A stretch of 64,000 nucleotides of DNA from an uncultured Verrucomicrobiae bacterium (GCA_963726745.1 CAVSDR010000006.1:864001-928000); one strand, 5' to 3'. Counted from the stretch's first letter, positions 12,031-22,663 are shown. Notes: a model not told the origin generated them from the sequence alone. Numbers and translations are program-made.

Positions 12031-14013
12031 CTAGATCACCTTCACTGGACAAGCCGGGAGCGCTTTCAAGAACGCCCGGCCATACGGCTTGGTCACGATC
12101 CGGTTGTCTAAAATAACCACGATGCCCTTGTCGCTCCGCGTGCGAATGAGGCGTCCGACACCTTGCCGCAATTTTAGGATCGCCTCCGGGAGCGAGTATT
12201 CGCTAAAGGCGTCGCCGCCGCGTTCCTGGATCAACTCCAGCTTCGCTTCGATGAGCGGATGATCCGGAACCGCGAAGGGCAGGCGCGTGATGATCACATT
12301 CGAGAGCGCCTCGCCGGGCACATCCACGCCCATCCAAAAACTGTCCGTGCCGAAGAGCACGCTGCGCTCGGTGGTCTTGAAAAGCTCGAGCAATTTCCCC
12401 CGCGGCGCGCCCTGGCCCTGCACGAAAAGATTCATCTTCCGGCTGGCAAAGAAGGGCTGCATCTCGTCGGCTAATTGCTGCATCCCGCGGTAGCTGGTGA
12501 AGAGGACGAAGGCGCGGCCATCGGTTTCCTCGACGAAGCGGCCGACCCATTCCGCGAGCGCGCCGGTGTAAGCGGCGTCGCGCGGATCGGGCATCTTCTG
12601 CACGAGGAAGAGCTTCATCTGCTCCTCGAAATCGAACGGGCTTCCAAGCTGGAGCGCGGTCGCCTCCATCGCGCCCACGCGCCGGCGGAAATAGGCGAGA
12701 TCTTTCTGTCCCACGGCGAGGGTCGCGCTGGTCATGATCGTGCAACACCCATCGCGGAAAAGCATCCGCTGCAGGACTGGCGCGATGTCAATCGGCGCGG
12801 CATTCAGCGAGATGAACTGCGCCGCTTTCCCGGTGCGTTCGACCCAGTAGACGTGGCCGTATTCGCTCTGCTCGAGGAAGGCGGTGATGTCGAGGCGCGC
12901 GCCGCTCACGCGCCGGCCGAGTTCCTGGAGCTCGGCCTTGAGGAACTCGTCCTCGGTTCGCTTGACCACGTCCATGATCCGGACCTGGAGCGCGGCCAGG
13001 CGCGGGCTGATCGTATCCGGGACAAACTCTGGCGCGCGCACGCGCACTTCGCGGCCTTTCCGGAACTCCGCGCGCGTCCCCACGGCCTCGAAGAATTTCT
13101 CCAAGTCGTCGGCTAATTCCGCAGCCAGGGTCACGCCGGCGGCATCGCGCGTGACCGTGAAAAGGCCTTTGCGCGTGCGCGCATTGTAGAGCCGCTGCAC
13201 GGTCGAACGCAGGCCGTATTGCGACACCGAAAGCCCGATCTGGCGCGAGGCAATCTGCTCGACGGTGTGCGCTTCGTCGAAGATCAGGAAATCATTCGGG
13301 AAAAGGTAACCGCTCTCGCGCTCCTCCTGTTCCTCGAGGCTGCCGAGGAGCATGAAGAGGAGCGTGTGATTGACCACGATCACATCCGCGGTCTGGAGGC
13401 GTTTGCGCGCTTGCTGGAAGAAACAGTTCGAGTTGAGGCCGCAAGTTTTGGCGGTGCAGATGTGCGCCTCGCTGCAAACCTGCGCCCAGACTTTCGGGTC
13501 GGGCTCGATCGCGAGATCGCTCAGTGACCCATCGCTGGTGCGCGCGGCCCATTCCGCCAGGCGGACCAATTCCGTTTGCTCGCTCGTGGTGAAAAGCTCG
13601 CCGGCCTGCTGCAGCGCTCGCTCCAGCCGGCGCGGGCAAAGGTAATTTTGCCGGCCCTTCATCAGCGCGGCTTCAAACTCAATCGGCAGGATCTTCTTCA
13701 GGATTGGGATGTCCTTGTAGAGGAGCTGCTCCTGAAGATTGATCGTGTGCGTGGAGATGACGGCTTTCATCGTCTGCTCCTTCGCGTGCAGGATTGCCGG
13801 GACGAGGTAGGCCATCGATTTGCCGACACCGGTGCCGGCCTCGACCACCAGGTGCCGTTCTTCCTCGAGGGCGTGGGCGACGGCCACCGCCATGTCCTGT
13901 TGCTCGGCGCGATATTCGAAATTCTTCGCTTTCGCCAGGAGGCCATCGTGCGCAAAAATACCGCGCACGCGCTCAACGAAGTCGCTCCCGAGATGCTCCC
14001 GGAGGGCGATCAT
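12031..14013 (-). CDS. dinG: DinG/YoaA-family ATP-dependent helicase
   Basis: EAGTGVGKS; KGRQNYLC; Fe-S cysteines; DEAH; SATL; LFTSY; LRQGVGRLIR. Confidence 0.92.
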   Translation of the reverse strand: MIALREHLGSDFVERVRGIFAHDGLLAKAKNFEYRAEQQDMAVAVAHALEEERHLVVEAGTGVGKSMAYLVPAILHAKEQTMKAVISTHTINLQEQLLYKDIPILKKILPIEFEAALMKGRQNYLCPRRLERALQQAGELFTTSEQTELVRLAEWAARTSDGSLSDLAIEPDPKVWAQVCSEAHICTAKTCGLNSNCFFQQARKRLQTADVIVVNHTLLFMLLGSLEEQEERESGYLFPNDFLIFDEAHTVEQIASRQIGLSVSQYGLRSTVQRLYNARTRKGLFTVTRDAAGVTLAAELADDLEKFFEAVGTRAEFRKGREVRVRAPEFVPDTISPRLAALQVRIMDVVKRTEDEFLKAELQELGRRVSGARLDITAFLEQSEYGHVYWVERTGKAAQFISLNAAPIDIAPVLQRMLFRDGCCTIMTSATLAVGQKDLAYFRRRVGAMEATALQLGSPFDFEEQMKLFLVQKMPDPRDAAYTGALAEWVGRFVEETDGRAFVLFTSYRGMQQLADEMQPFFASRKMNLFVQGQGAPRGKLLELFKTTERSVLFGTDSFWMGVDVPGEALSNVIITRLPFAVPDHPLIEAKLELIQERGGDAFSEYSLPEAILKLRQGVGRLIRTRSDKGIVVILDNRIVTKPYGRAFLKALPACPVKVI

Positions 14014-14091
14014 GAGATTTGCACTTTGCGGTCGACCATGGAGCCGTGATCTTAAGCCGCTTATCGCCTTCCGACATTCGCAATTTCGCCT

Positions 14092-15237
14092 GTGAGACTG
14101 CTCGATTTTTATGTGCTGCGGAATTTTCTCCGGGCGTACTTTTATTGCATCGCAGCCTTTCTCGCGGTCTGGCTGGTCTTCGACATCAGCGACAAGATTT
14201 CCACCTTCCTGGACGAAAGTGTCTCGGTGATCTCGGTGGCGCACTACTACCTCACGCAGGCTCCGGAAATCATTGTCATTGTCCTGCCGATTGCGCTCCT
14301 GCTGGCGCTCCTTTTTTCCCTTAGCCGAATGTCGCGCTCGAATGAGATCGTCTCGATGCTCACCGCCGGGATCAGCATCCCGCGCTTGCTGGTGCCGCTG
14401 TTCGCGGCCGGCCTGGCCACGACTGCGCTCAGTGCCGCGCTAAATTTTGCCCTCTCGCCGCACGCCGAGCAGGCGCGCAAGGCCTACTTCGAGGAGATGC
14501 GCGACGAGTCGCGCGGCGCGATGGCGATGGGCCAGATTTTTCGCAATCGCTCGGGCAATCGCACCTGGTTTATCCAGCGCTTTAACGCGACCACCAACGA
14601 GTTTGTCACCCTGCAAGTCCTGCAGCAGGACGCCAACGACAACATCGTCACAAATTACCTCGCGACCTCGGCGACCTATGAACCGGCCGCCCGCGCCTGG
14701 CAGCTGCGCGGCGTGAAAGTGGTGCACTACGACGCGGAGGGAAACATCGCCGGCGAAGAGAATCGCGCCCAACTGCTGGTGCACGACTGGGACGAAACCC
14801 CTTTCCGGCTCGCCAGCTCGAACATGCGCGCAGAATACCTGAGCGTGCCCGAGCTGCGCGATTACCTGCGCTACAATGCCGACTTCCCGCGCACCCTGCT
14901 CGCGCCCTTCGCCACCCACCTGCACTATCGGCTGGCACTTCCGCTGACCTGTTTGATTGTGGTCCTGATCGCGTCGCCGCTCGCGATCGGCTTCTCACGC
15001 AAGGGCGTCCTCTCGAGCGTGGCTGCGGCCATCGGGCTGATTTTCTTCATGAACTTCCTCACGCATTTCTTTCTCGCGCTGGGCGAAGGCGCGCGTATCG
15101 CCCCGTGGGCCGCCGCTTGGACGCCGAACCTCCTGTTTGCGATCGTTGGCGTGATTTTGCTTTATCTACGCTCGAGTAATCGCGAAGCGCGGGAGCTCTT
15201 CTCCGTGCGCGCATCTCCGCATCCGGCACGCGCATGA
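14092..15237 (+). CDS. LptF/LptG family LPS export permease
   Basis: LLDFYVLR; SRSNEIVSMLTAGIS; 3+3 TM layout; AAWTPNLLF. Confidence 0.88.
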   Translation: MRLLDFYVLRNFLRAYFYCIAAFLAVWLVFDISDKISTFLDESVSVISVAHYYLTQAPEIIVIVLPIALLLALLFSLSRMSRSNEIVSMLTAGISIPRLLVPLFAAGLATTALSAALNFALSPHAEQARKAYFEEMRDESRGAMAMGQIFRNRSGNRTWFIQRFNATTNEFVTLQVLQQDANDNIVTNYLATSATYEPAARAWQLRGVKVVHYDAEGNIAGEENRAQLLVHDWDETPFRLASSNMRAEYLSVPELRDYLRYNADFPRTLLAPFATHLHYRLALPLTCLIVVLIASPLAIGFSRKGVLSSVAAAIGLIFFMNFLTHFFLALGEGARIAPWAAAWTPNLLFAIVGVILLYLRSSNREARELFSVRASPHPARA

Positions 15238-15734
15238 ATCCGCTGGCAAACGACTGGCCGATCAAACACCGCGCAGAAGTTTGCGCAGCCACCGGCCGCC
15301 CGTTCGAGCCGGGCGAACTATTTTACACGCTCCTTTTCCGCGAAGGTGCGGGCTATCGCCGCGAAGACTTGAGCGAGGAAGGCTGGGCCGCGCGCAACGA
15401 AAACATCCGCCCGTTTTCGTTTTGGAAAACCCGCTACGAGCCGCCACCCGCGGTCCCGCCGGAACCGCTGGCCAAAGAGAACGCCGAGGAGCTGCTCCGT
15501 CGCCTCCTGGGCGAGAGCGCGCAGCCGAATGCCTGCTACGTGCTCGCGGCCATGCTCGAGCGGAAACGCATCCTGAAGCCGATCAAGACCGAGCCGGCGG
15601 ACAACGGCCGCCGGGTGCTCATTTACGAACACGCCAAAACCGGCGAAGTCTTCCTGGTCCCGGATGTGGAGCTTAAGCTCGACGAGCTCGAAGCGGTCCA
15701 GAGCGAGGTCGCGCAACTCATGCAGGCGGTCTAA
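15234..15734 (+). CDS. Hypothetical protein
   Basis: Overlaps lptF/G stop (ATGA); coding-like composition; YVLAAMLERKRILK. Confidence 0.7.
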   Translation: MNPLANDWPIKHRAEVCAATGRPFEPGELFYTLLFREGAGYRREDLSEEGWAARNENIRPFSFWKTRYEPPPAVPPEPLAKENAEELLRRLLGESAQPNACYVLAAMLERKRILKPIKTEPADNGRRVLIYEHAKTGEVFLVPDVELKLDELEAVQSEVAQLMQAV

Positions 15735-15743
15735 CGAATCGAA

Positions 15744-16745
15744 ATGCACTCCTTGCTGCCATGGTTCGCCGGCGGGCACTTCCCGCTTTACCTCGCCCCC
15801 ATGGCCGGGATCTCGGATAAAATTTTCCGCCAGCTTTGCAAGGAATACGGCGCCGACGTTCTTGTGACCGAGTTTGTTTCTTCGGAAGGCGTCTTCCGGC
15901 GGAACGAGCGCACGCGCGAGTATCTCGACTTCGACGAGGTCGAGCGTCCGCTCGGCGTCCAGCTTTTCGGCGCCAATCCCGAGCACATGGCCGAAGCCGC
16001 GCGGCAGGTGATCGACTGGGTGCGGCCCGATTTCATCGACCTGAACTTTGGCTGCCCGGTTAACAAAGTGGTGTCTAAAAATGGCGGGAGCGCGCTGCTC
16101 AAGGATTGCCCCACGCTTGCCGCCGTGGCCAGCGCCGTCGTGCGCGCGGCGGCGCCCATGCCTGTGACCGCGAAGATCCGCATCGGCTGGGACGCGCAAT
16201 CGGTCAACGCCGCAGGCGTCGCGCGCATCCTGGAGGATCTCGGGATTGCCGCGATCGCGGTCCACGGCCGCACGCGCGCGCAGGGTTACTCCGGCGAGGC
16301 GGATTGGAAAGTCATCGGCGAAGTCGCCGAAGCCGTGCGCGTGCCGGTGATCGGCAACGGCGACATCACCTGCGCCGAGGATGTCCTGCGTCGACGCGCA
16401 GAGACGAAAGTAGCCGGCGTGATGATCGGCCGCGCGGCCATGTGTGCGCCGTGGATTTTCCAGCAGATCAAACGCGAATTCGCCGCTGGCGGTCCGCTGC
16501 CCGCGCCCGAGCTGACCGAGCGCTGGGAGGTGATCGCGCGCCATTGCCGTTTGGTGGTCGAGGATTGGCAAAACGAAGACGCCGCCATGCGCTCGATGCG
16601 CGCGCGCTTGATGGCTTATTCAAAGGGCTTTCCCGCGAGCAAAGCGCTGCGCGAGAAATTCCAGCACATCACTCGTCTCGCCGAGCTCGACGCGATCGCA
16701 CAGGAGCACATCGCGACGCACGCTGCGGTGGCCGTCTTGCCCTAG
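15744..16745 (+). CDS. dusB: tRNA-dihydrouridine synthase B
   Basis: LAPMAG; DLNFGCP; GGSALL; KIRIGW; VHGRTR; GNGDI; MIGRAA. Confidence 0.92.
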   Translation: MHSLLPWFAGGHFPLYLAPMAGISDKIFRQLCKEYGADVLVTEFVSSEGVFRRNERTREYLDFDEVERPLGVQLFGANPEHMAEAARQVIDWVRPDFIDLNFGCPVNKVVSKNGGSALLKDCPTLAAVASAVVRAAAPMPVTAKIRIGWDAQSVNAAGVARILEDLGIAAIAVHGRTRAQGYSGEADWKVIGEVAEAVRVPVIGNGDITCAEDVLRRRAETKVAGVMIGRAAMCAPWIFQQIKREFAAGGPLPAPELTERWEVIARHCRLVVEDWQNEDAAMRSMRARLMAYSKGFPASKALREKFQHITRLAELDAIAQEHIATHAAVAVLP

Positions 16746-16770
16746 GGGCGTGCGCCCGTTACCTTCCCCC

Positions 16771-17151
16771 GTGTCTGCGACTGCGACCCCGCCCACCGGC
16801 CTTAACTACAAGATCGGCAACGAACGCCTGATCAAGGTGACGGAAAACGCTGCCCGGAAACTCCTCGGCCTCCTGCAGAAACAAGGCCGCCCGCAGGGCG
16901 CCCTGCGCGTTGCCGTCATCGGCGGCGGCTGCTCCGGATTGCAATACAAGATGGACCTGGTCGATGGCCCGCTGAATCGCGACATCATGGTCCAATCCGC
17001 CGAGGTGCGCGTGGTGGTCGATCCGAAGAGCGCGCTTTTTGTCAGCGGCTCGCTGCTCGACTTTAGCGACGACCTGCAGAAGGGCGGCTTCAAAGTCACG
17101 AATCCGAACGCGGTCGCGCATTGCTCCTGCGGCGAAAGCTTCGCGGCATGA
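16771..17151 (+). CDS. iscA: A-type Fe-S cluster carrier (IscA/HesB family)
   Basis: GGGCSGLQY; GFKVTNPNA; CSCGESF; start chosen from TTGCCC-N17-TACCTT-N5-GTG. Confidence 0.9.
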   Translation: MSATATPPTGLNYKIGNERLIKVTENAARKLLGLLQKQGRPQGALRVAVIGGGCSGLQYKMDLVDGPLNRDIMVQSAEVRVVVDPKSALFVSGSLLDFSDDLQKGGFKVTNPNAVAHCSCGESFAA

Positions 17152-17700
17152 CCGATTACTTCGCGCTGCTCTCGCAGCCGCGCGGCCCGTGGCTCGATCC
17201 GGAGGAATTGAAGGAAGGCTTTCCATGCGCGTAGCCGGCAACTTCATCCCGACGTGAGTGGGAAGGCGGGCGAATTCGCGGAGGTGAACGAAGCCTACCA
17301 GGTGCTGCGCGAACCAAAGCGCCGCTTGCAGCATTTGCTTGCGCTCGAAGATGCCGAGCCGCCGCGCGCTGCCGCGGTCCCGAGGGAAATTGCCGACCTC
17401 TTCCCGCGCGTGGCCACGCTGATGCACGCCGCCGCAGCCGCGCTCGAGCAGCGCGCCCGCGCGGGCAACGCGCTTAACATCTCGCTGGCTAAAACGGCGG
17501 CGCTGCAGACCGGCGGCGAGATTGCCGCGCAACTCGAACAACTCCGCGCGCAGCAAGCCGCCGCGTTGGAGGAGTTGCGCCAGCGAAGCCATGGCTGGGA
17601 GGCACAGCTCCCGGCGTTGCAGCAGCTCTACCTTGCGCTCTCCTACCTCACACGCTGGATCGCGGAGCTGGAGGAAAAAGCGCTCCAACTCGCGAATTAG
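17148..17700 (+). CDS. hscB: HscB-like J-domain co-chaperone; one frameshift near 17218
   Basis: MTDYFALL...then HPDV, VNEAYQVLREP after removing one G; coupled to iscA (ATGA). Confidence 0.8.
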
Positions 17701-17706
17701 CCAGCA

Positions 17707-17747
17707 CGTTCATTTGAACTTGCAGCACTCGTTATTCTCCGCATAAT
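17707..17747 (+). promoter_or_regulatory. lexA promoter with degenerate LexA box
   Basis: CGTTC-ATTT-GAACT (17707-17720) abutting TTGCAG-N16-CATAAT; GTG start 6 nt after the -10. Confidence 0.65.
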
Positions 17748-17753
17748 TCCGCC

Positions 17754-18392
17754 GTGCTCACCGAACGCCAGCAAGACGTGCTCGGCTTCATCCAGTCCGA
17801 ACAACGCGAACGCGGTTTCACCCCCAGCACGCGCGAAATCCAGAAGCATTTCGGCTTCGCCAGCCAGACGTCGGTCATGCAATACCTCGACGTCCTGCAG
17901 CGGAAAGGCTTTCTCGATCGCCACGCGCGCAAGGCCCGCGCCTTGATCACGCCGGTCTCGAAGGTGCGCATCACGGACATCCCGATCTACGGCCAGATTC
18001 CCGCGGGCATGGCCACGGCCACGGAGGAGGCGATCGAGGGACACATCTCGCTCGATGCGCGCACGGCCAATACTTCGAAAAACAGCCGCACGTTCGCGCT
18101 CCGCGTGCGCGGCGATTCCATGATCGAGGCGCATATTTTAGACGGCGACTTGGTCATCCTCGAGGACCGGAAGGAAGTGCAGAATGGCGACATCGTGGCG
18201 GCCTTGATCGATGGGGAGACGACCTTGAAGCGCTACGTGGTCGATCACGGCCGCCCGTATTTGAAGGCGGAGAATCCGCTCTACCCGGACCTCGTGCCGG
18301 CGCGGGAGTTGCGCATCCAGGGCGTGATGGTCTCGCTGGTGCGCCAGCAGGCCGCGCCGCAGCGGGCCGCGCGGCGCAAAAGCGCTGGCTAA
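17754..18392 (+). CDS. lexA: SOS repressor LexA
   Basis: LTERQ; PSTREI HTH; Ala-Gly cleavage site IPAG; GDSM catalytic Ser; TTLKR catalytic Lys. Confidence 0.96.
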   Translation: MLTERQQDVLGFIQSEQRERGFTPSTREIQKHFGFASQTSVMQYLDVLQRKGFLDRHARKARALITPVSKVRITDIPIYGQIPAGMATATEEAIEGHISLDARTANTSKNSRTFALRVRGDSMIEAHILDGDLVILEDRKEVQNGDIVAALIDGETTLKRYVVDHGRPYLKAENPLYPDLVPARELRIQGVMVSLVRQQAAPQRAARRKSAG

Positions 18393-18485
18393 TTTTCGCG
18401 GGCCGGCCGTTGGACTGCTGGCGTGCATCCGTGGCGGTTCGCCGCGCTTAATCGAAACGCTTTTATACTCTCCAGCCAGGCGATG

Positions 18486-18499
18486 TGTTCACTTGAACA
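18486..18499 (+). promoter_or_regulatory. LexA (SOS) box upstream of imuA
   Basis: Perfect TGTTC-ACTT-GAACA, the motif described for Verrucomicrobia LexA. Confidence 0.88.
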
Positions 18500-18526
18500 T
18501 ATTCGCTCGCAATGCCACGCTGGTTC

Positions 18527-19168
18527 ATGCCGGCGAGCAGCAGCAAAATCATCGACCTGCGGAAGCTGCTCGCGGAGCGCTATCCGCAGACGCAGATCGC
18601 GCCGGCCGCGCGTTTGCTCACTGGCATTCCTCCGCTCGATGAAGCCGGCGGCTTGCCGAAGGGCGCGATTACGGAATTAACCAGCCCGCACGAGAGCGCC
18701 GGGAGCGCGCGTCTCCTGCACACCCTGCTTCGCCGCGCGCAGCGGGAACGCGAGTTCGTGGCCTTGATCGACGGGCGCGATTCCTTCGATCCGCAGCCGC
18801 TGGGAAATGAGTGTCTGCGCCACCTTCTCTGGGTCCGCTGCACCACTGCGCTCGCGGCCGTGAAAGCCGCCGACCTGCTCCTGCGCGACGGCAATTTCCC
18901 GCTCGTGATCCTCGACCTGGTGCTGAACAGCGCCGAGGAGCTGCGCAAGATTCCGCAGACCAGCTGGTATCGGCTGCAACGCCTGGCCGAGCCGCTCTCG
19001 CTCGCTTTTCTCGTGCTCACGCGCCGGAGCGTGATCAGCAGCGCGCAGGTGAAGTTGACCCTCGAGCATCGCTGGCAATTGGCGGACATCGATGAGCCAC
19101 GCGATTTCGCCCGCACAAAAATCGAGGTGCAACGCCTGCACCCGCATCGGCTGGAGGCTGTCGGCTAA
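18527..19168 (+). CDS. imuA: ImuA / RecA-like mutasome accessory protein
   Basis: TGIPPLD..GGLPKGAITEL; degenerate Walker A; ALIDGRDSFDP; LLWVRC; ADLLLRDGNFPLVILD. Confidence 0.85.
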   Translation: MPASSSKIIDLRKLLAERYPQTQIAPAARLLTGIPPLDEAGGLPKGAITELTSPHESAGSARLLHTLLRRAQREREFVALIDGRDSFDPQPLGNECLRHLLWVRCTTALAAVKAADLLLRDGNFPLVILDLVLNSAEELRKIPQTSWYRLQRLAEPLSLAFLVLTRRSVISSAQVKLTLEHRWQLADIDEPRDFARTKIEVQRLHPHRLEAVG

Positions 19169-19169
19169 A

Positions 19170-19694
19170 ATGCTTTTCGCCACCCTTTATCTCCCGAACT
19201 TTTTCCTCCAGGCCGCGCTCCGCCATCAGCCGGAGCTGGCTGGCCACGCCGTCGCCTTGATCGATGAGCGCGACGCGAAACCCACTTTCTTGCAGGTCAA
19301 CGCGGAGGCGGCCGCGGCCGAGGTGCGCTGCGGGATGACGCCCAGCCAGGGGCTCGCGCGCTACCTGCCGCTGGTGGTAAAAGGGCGCCTGCTCGAGCAG
19401 GAGAAAATGCTGGCTGATTTGCTCCTGCAGTTCGCCTTTACCCTCTCGCCTTTTGTGGAAGCGACTGCGCCCGGCATCTGCACGGTGCAGGCAAACGAGG
19501 GCGCGGCGCTGCGGGAGAAAGTCGAGCGCGTGCTCGCGCAATTGCAGGCCGCCGGGCTAACCGCGCAGGCCGGGATCGCGCCGACGCCCGACACCAGCTT
19601 TCTCGCGGCCCACCTCGCGAATCCACTCTTGCAGGTCGAGGACGTGACCGAATTCCTCGCGCCGCTTCCGATCGAGACCCTGGCCCAGGGCTGA
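19170..19694 (+). CDS. imuB: ImuB / Y-family polymerase-like protein, N-terminal half (palm and fingers), 174 aa
   Basis: FATLYLPNF; VNAEA...GMTPSQGLA; LSPFVE; AGIAPT; ends FLAPLPIETL; 1 nt after imuA stop. Confidence 0.85.
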   Translation: MLFATLYLPNFFLQAALRHQPELAGHAVALIDERDAKPTFLQVNAEAAAAEVRCGMTPSQGLARYLPLVVKGRLLEQEKMLADLLLQFAFTLSPFVEATAPGICTVQANEGAALREKVERVLAQLQAAGLTAQAGIAPTPDTSFLAAHLANPLLQVEDVTEFLAPLPIETLAQG

Positions 19695-19696
19695 AC

Positions 19697-22220
19697 TTAG
19701 CCAGCGAGATTCGGATATTTCGCGCGCAACTGCTGCGTGGCGCGAGCCGCTTCAGCCTGGTTGCCGGCTTTTTGATACGCGGCCGCGGCTCGCTGCAAGG
19801 CCCTCGGCGTGATCGCCGGGTCGTCGTAAAGCAAGGACACGCTCATGAAAGTTTTCGCCGCCTCCTCGAAAGCCCCGCGTTCAAACTGCACTTCGCCCGC
19901 GAGGAGGCGAGCTTCCGCGTTCACTTTCCCCTCCGGCTGCAGGCTCATGATTTCCTCGGCAATCCGCTGCGCTTCCTCCGGTTTGTGCGCTGCGATCTTG
20001 GCCGCGCCGAGCGCGATCAAGGTCTTGGCGCGCGCCGCCGGATCGCTCGTCGTTTGCAGGTAGCGTTCGTAAGAGCCTTCGGCATCGCTCACCTTGCCGG
20101 TCTTCATCTGCGCATCGGCCAGGTAGAACCAGAAATCCGCGTTCACATTCGAGCCTTCGTTCGCGCCCAGGGCGCTGAGGTATTTCTCGGCCGCGGCGTA
20201 GTTCTTCTCGTTGTAATAATCCAGCCCGAGCCACTGCAGGATTTCGCCAGGAATCGGCGCTTCGCGGCCGCTGGCGAGGTATTTGTCGACTTCGCTCGTG
20301 AGCGCGGCGCGGTTTTTTTGGTAAAAATAAGCAGAGATGATCCGGACCGTCGCGGGGGTGTAATACTGCTCCGCGTTCAATTTCCGCGCAGCCTCGAGCG
20401 CGGCGATCGCCGGCTTGTAGTCCTTCGCCTCGAAGGCCGCCTTCCCGATGTAATACTGCGCCTGTGCCGCGGCCTCGGTCTTCGGATATTCCTTCAGCAG
20501 CTGCGCAAAAGCGGCCGACATCGCCTTGTCGTTTTCCTGCTGGCCGAGGAGGAGCGCCTTTTGTTGCAGCGCGCCTTCGCGCTCGCGCGCTTTTGGGTAG
20601 CTCTTGATCAAGGTATCGAGGTCGGCGATCGCGGCGTCGAAGTTCTTCGTCTCCTGGTAGGCCAGCGCGCGCTGGGTGAGCGCGCTCGGAGCCTGCGGGT
20701 TGTCGGCAAAAGCCTTCAGGAAATAGCTAAAGGCATCGATAATCCGCAGCGGATTCTTGAGCTGCACGTAACACCAGCCAGCTTTGTAAGCCGACTCTGC
20801 GCGCAGCTTGGCCGAAAGCTGGGAAGCGCGCAGCGTCTCATAGAGCGGCGCGGCCTCGGCGAAATTTCCCTGGCGATAAAGCGCCTCGGCTTTCAAGAGC
20901 CGCGCCTGGTCGGCCCGTTCGCCGCTCGAGTTGCTGGCTAAATACTCGTCCACCTGCGCGACCACCGCCGCGGGATCGGCGTTGTAGACATTGATCAAGC
21001 GCTGGTAACGCGCGTCCTTCGCTTCTTCGCGCGCAGGGATATTTCTCGATGATCTGGGCGTAGAGTGCCTCCGCTTCCGGGCCGTGGCCGAGCTGGCGCT
21101 GGCTGTTCGCTGCGTAGAGCATCATCTCCGCGCGGGCGTCGTCTGGCAGGTCGTCGCCCGCGCGTTTCCATTCCGTGAGCACCTGCTGGAATTGCCCGCC
21201 GGAATAGAGCACCCGGAGGAGGCCGGTGGCCGCGAGCCCGCGCCATTTCCCGGCCTCGGCTAACGAGCGGCCTTTTTGCAAGAGCGCGACTGCTTTTTCC
21301 GAGAGCGCTTTGTTGCCCTTCTCGCCTTGCGCGAGGTCGGCCGCAATCAAGCCGGCGCGCACGGTCGCCTCGGCTTTCAAAGCGGCCTTGCCGGTTTCGT
21401 TTGCCAGCGCCTCGTATTGCTTCAGCGCCTCCGCTTTGCGCCCGCGATTGAAAAGGATCGAGGCCGCGGCGGAGCGCGAGTCTTCGCGGAAAGGATTCGG
21501 GTCCTTCGCCTCGATCACCTGCAGGTAAGCGGTCGCGGCTTCATCCTTGCGATCGAGATTTTCCAGCGAACGCGCCTCGAAATAGCGCGCCGACAAGGCC
21601 AGGCCGGGCTCCTTCGTCTTCGCTGCCGAGCGATGAAATTGCGCCAGCGCGCCGGCGTAATCTTTCTGGTTAAAAAGAATCTCGCCCACGCCATAGGCCG
21701 CCGGCCCGGCAAACTCACTCTCGGAAAAATCAGCCAGCACACTCTGGAAAGCAGTCCGCGCCGGCGCGGTGCGGTTCTGCGCGCGGTAGGCTTCGGCGAG
21801 GTAAAAGAACGCGCTCGCGCGGCCGGACGCATTCGGGAATTGGCCGAGGAACTTCTCGTATTCCGGAATTGCGAGATCGTAGAGCTTGCGATTGAAGAGC
21901 GCGTTCGCGTAATCGAGCTGGCGCTGGTCGGCCGCCTCCGGTTCCGGCCCTTCGCTCGCCGCGGGCTCGCTCCGCGGCGTAGCCGGCTCCTCGGGCGCGG
22001 GCACCGGAGTGGAGCGCGGAGTGGGCGCGGGCGTAGCCACCGGCAACGGGGTGGCCGCCTTGCGCGGGGTCGACTCCTCCACCGGAAGCGCGCGGCGCAC
22101 GGGCGGCTCGTTCACCGGCTGGGCCCGGCGAATTTCCGGGGCCGCCTGCGCCTGCCCCCAGGCACTCGTTAGGCAAAACGCCCACGCGAGCACGCCCAGG
22201 GCGCTCGTGCGCCAGTTCAT
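19697..22220 (-). CDS. Exported TPR protein; one frameshift near 21035
   Basis: Signal peptide; Pro-rich linker; continuous TPR helices across two frames; coupled to exbD. Confidence 0.8.
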
Positions 22221-22624
22221 TTTGCGGTCGCGAAAGCGACGTTGGTCACGCCCGCTTCGCTGCAAATGTTGAGCACGCCGACGACGTTTCGGTAGGCGCC
22301 GGTTTCGTCGCCGCGGATCACGACCGCCTGGTTTGGGTCGAGTTGAACGAGATTGCGCAGGAGTTCGGTCAGCTCGGGGGCGCTCAAGGTGCGCCGGTTT
22401 ACGACCACATTGCCATCCGCTTTCACGTTCACGATCACGTCGCCGATGGGCGCGCTTTTTTCCTTCGCCTCGGTCGCCTTGGGCACTTTTACGTCGAGCT
22501 CGTTCTCGTTCCGCGCCGCGTTCCAGGTGAGGAGAAAGAAAATAAGCAGCAACATGAGCACGTCGACCAGCGGGGCGAGCTGGATGCCGGGATGGTGCGG
22601 GACGGCGTGCTTGCGCAGGTTCAT
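22217..22624 (-). CDS. exbD: ExbD/TolR family protein
   Basis: PLVDVLMLLLIFF; VVIRGD. Confidence 0.9.
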   Translation of the reverse strand: MNLRKHAVPHHPGIQLAPLVDVLMLLLIFFLLTWNAARNENELDVKVPKATEAKEKSAPIGDVIVNVKADGNVVVNRRTLSAPELTELLRNLVQLDPNQAVVIRGDETGAYRNVVGVLNICSEAGVTNVAFATAK

Positions 22625-22663
22625 TCGAGGCAGGAGAGGATTGGGAGAAGCAGATCAGCGCTT

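Noticed and set aside
9930..19710. Active invertible switch re-forming full-length imuB
   Set aside because: No inverted repeats at the two putative breakpoints and no recombinase in the window
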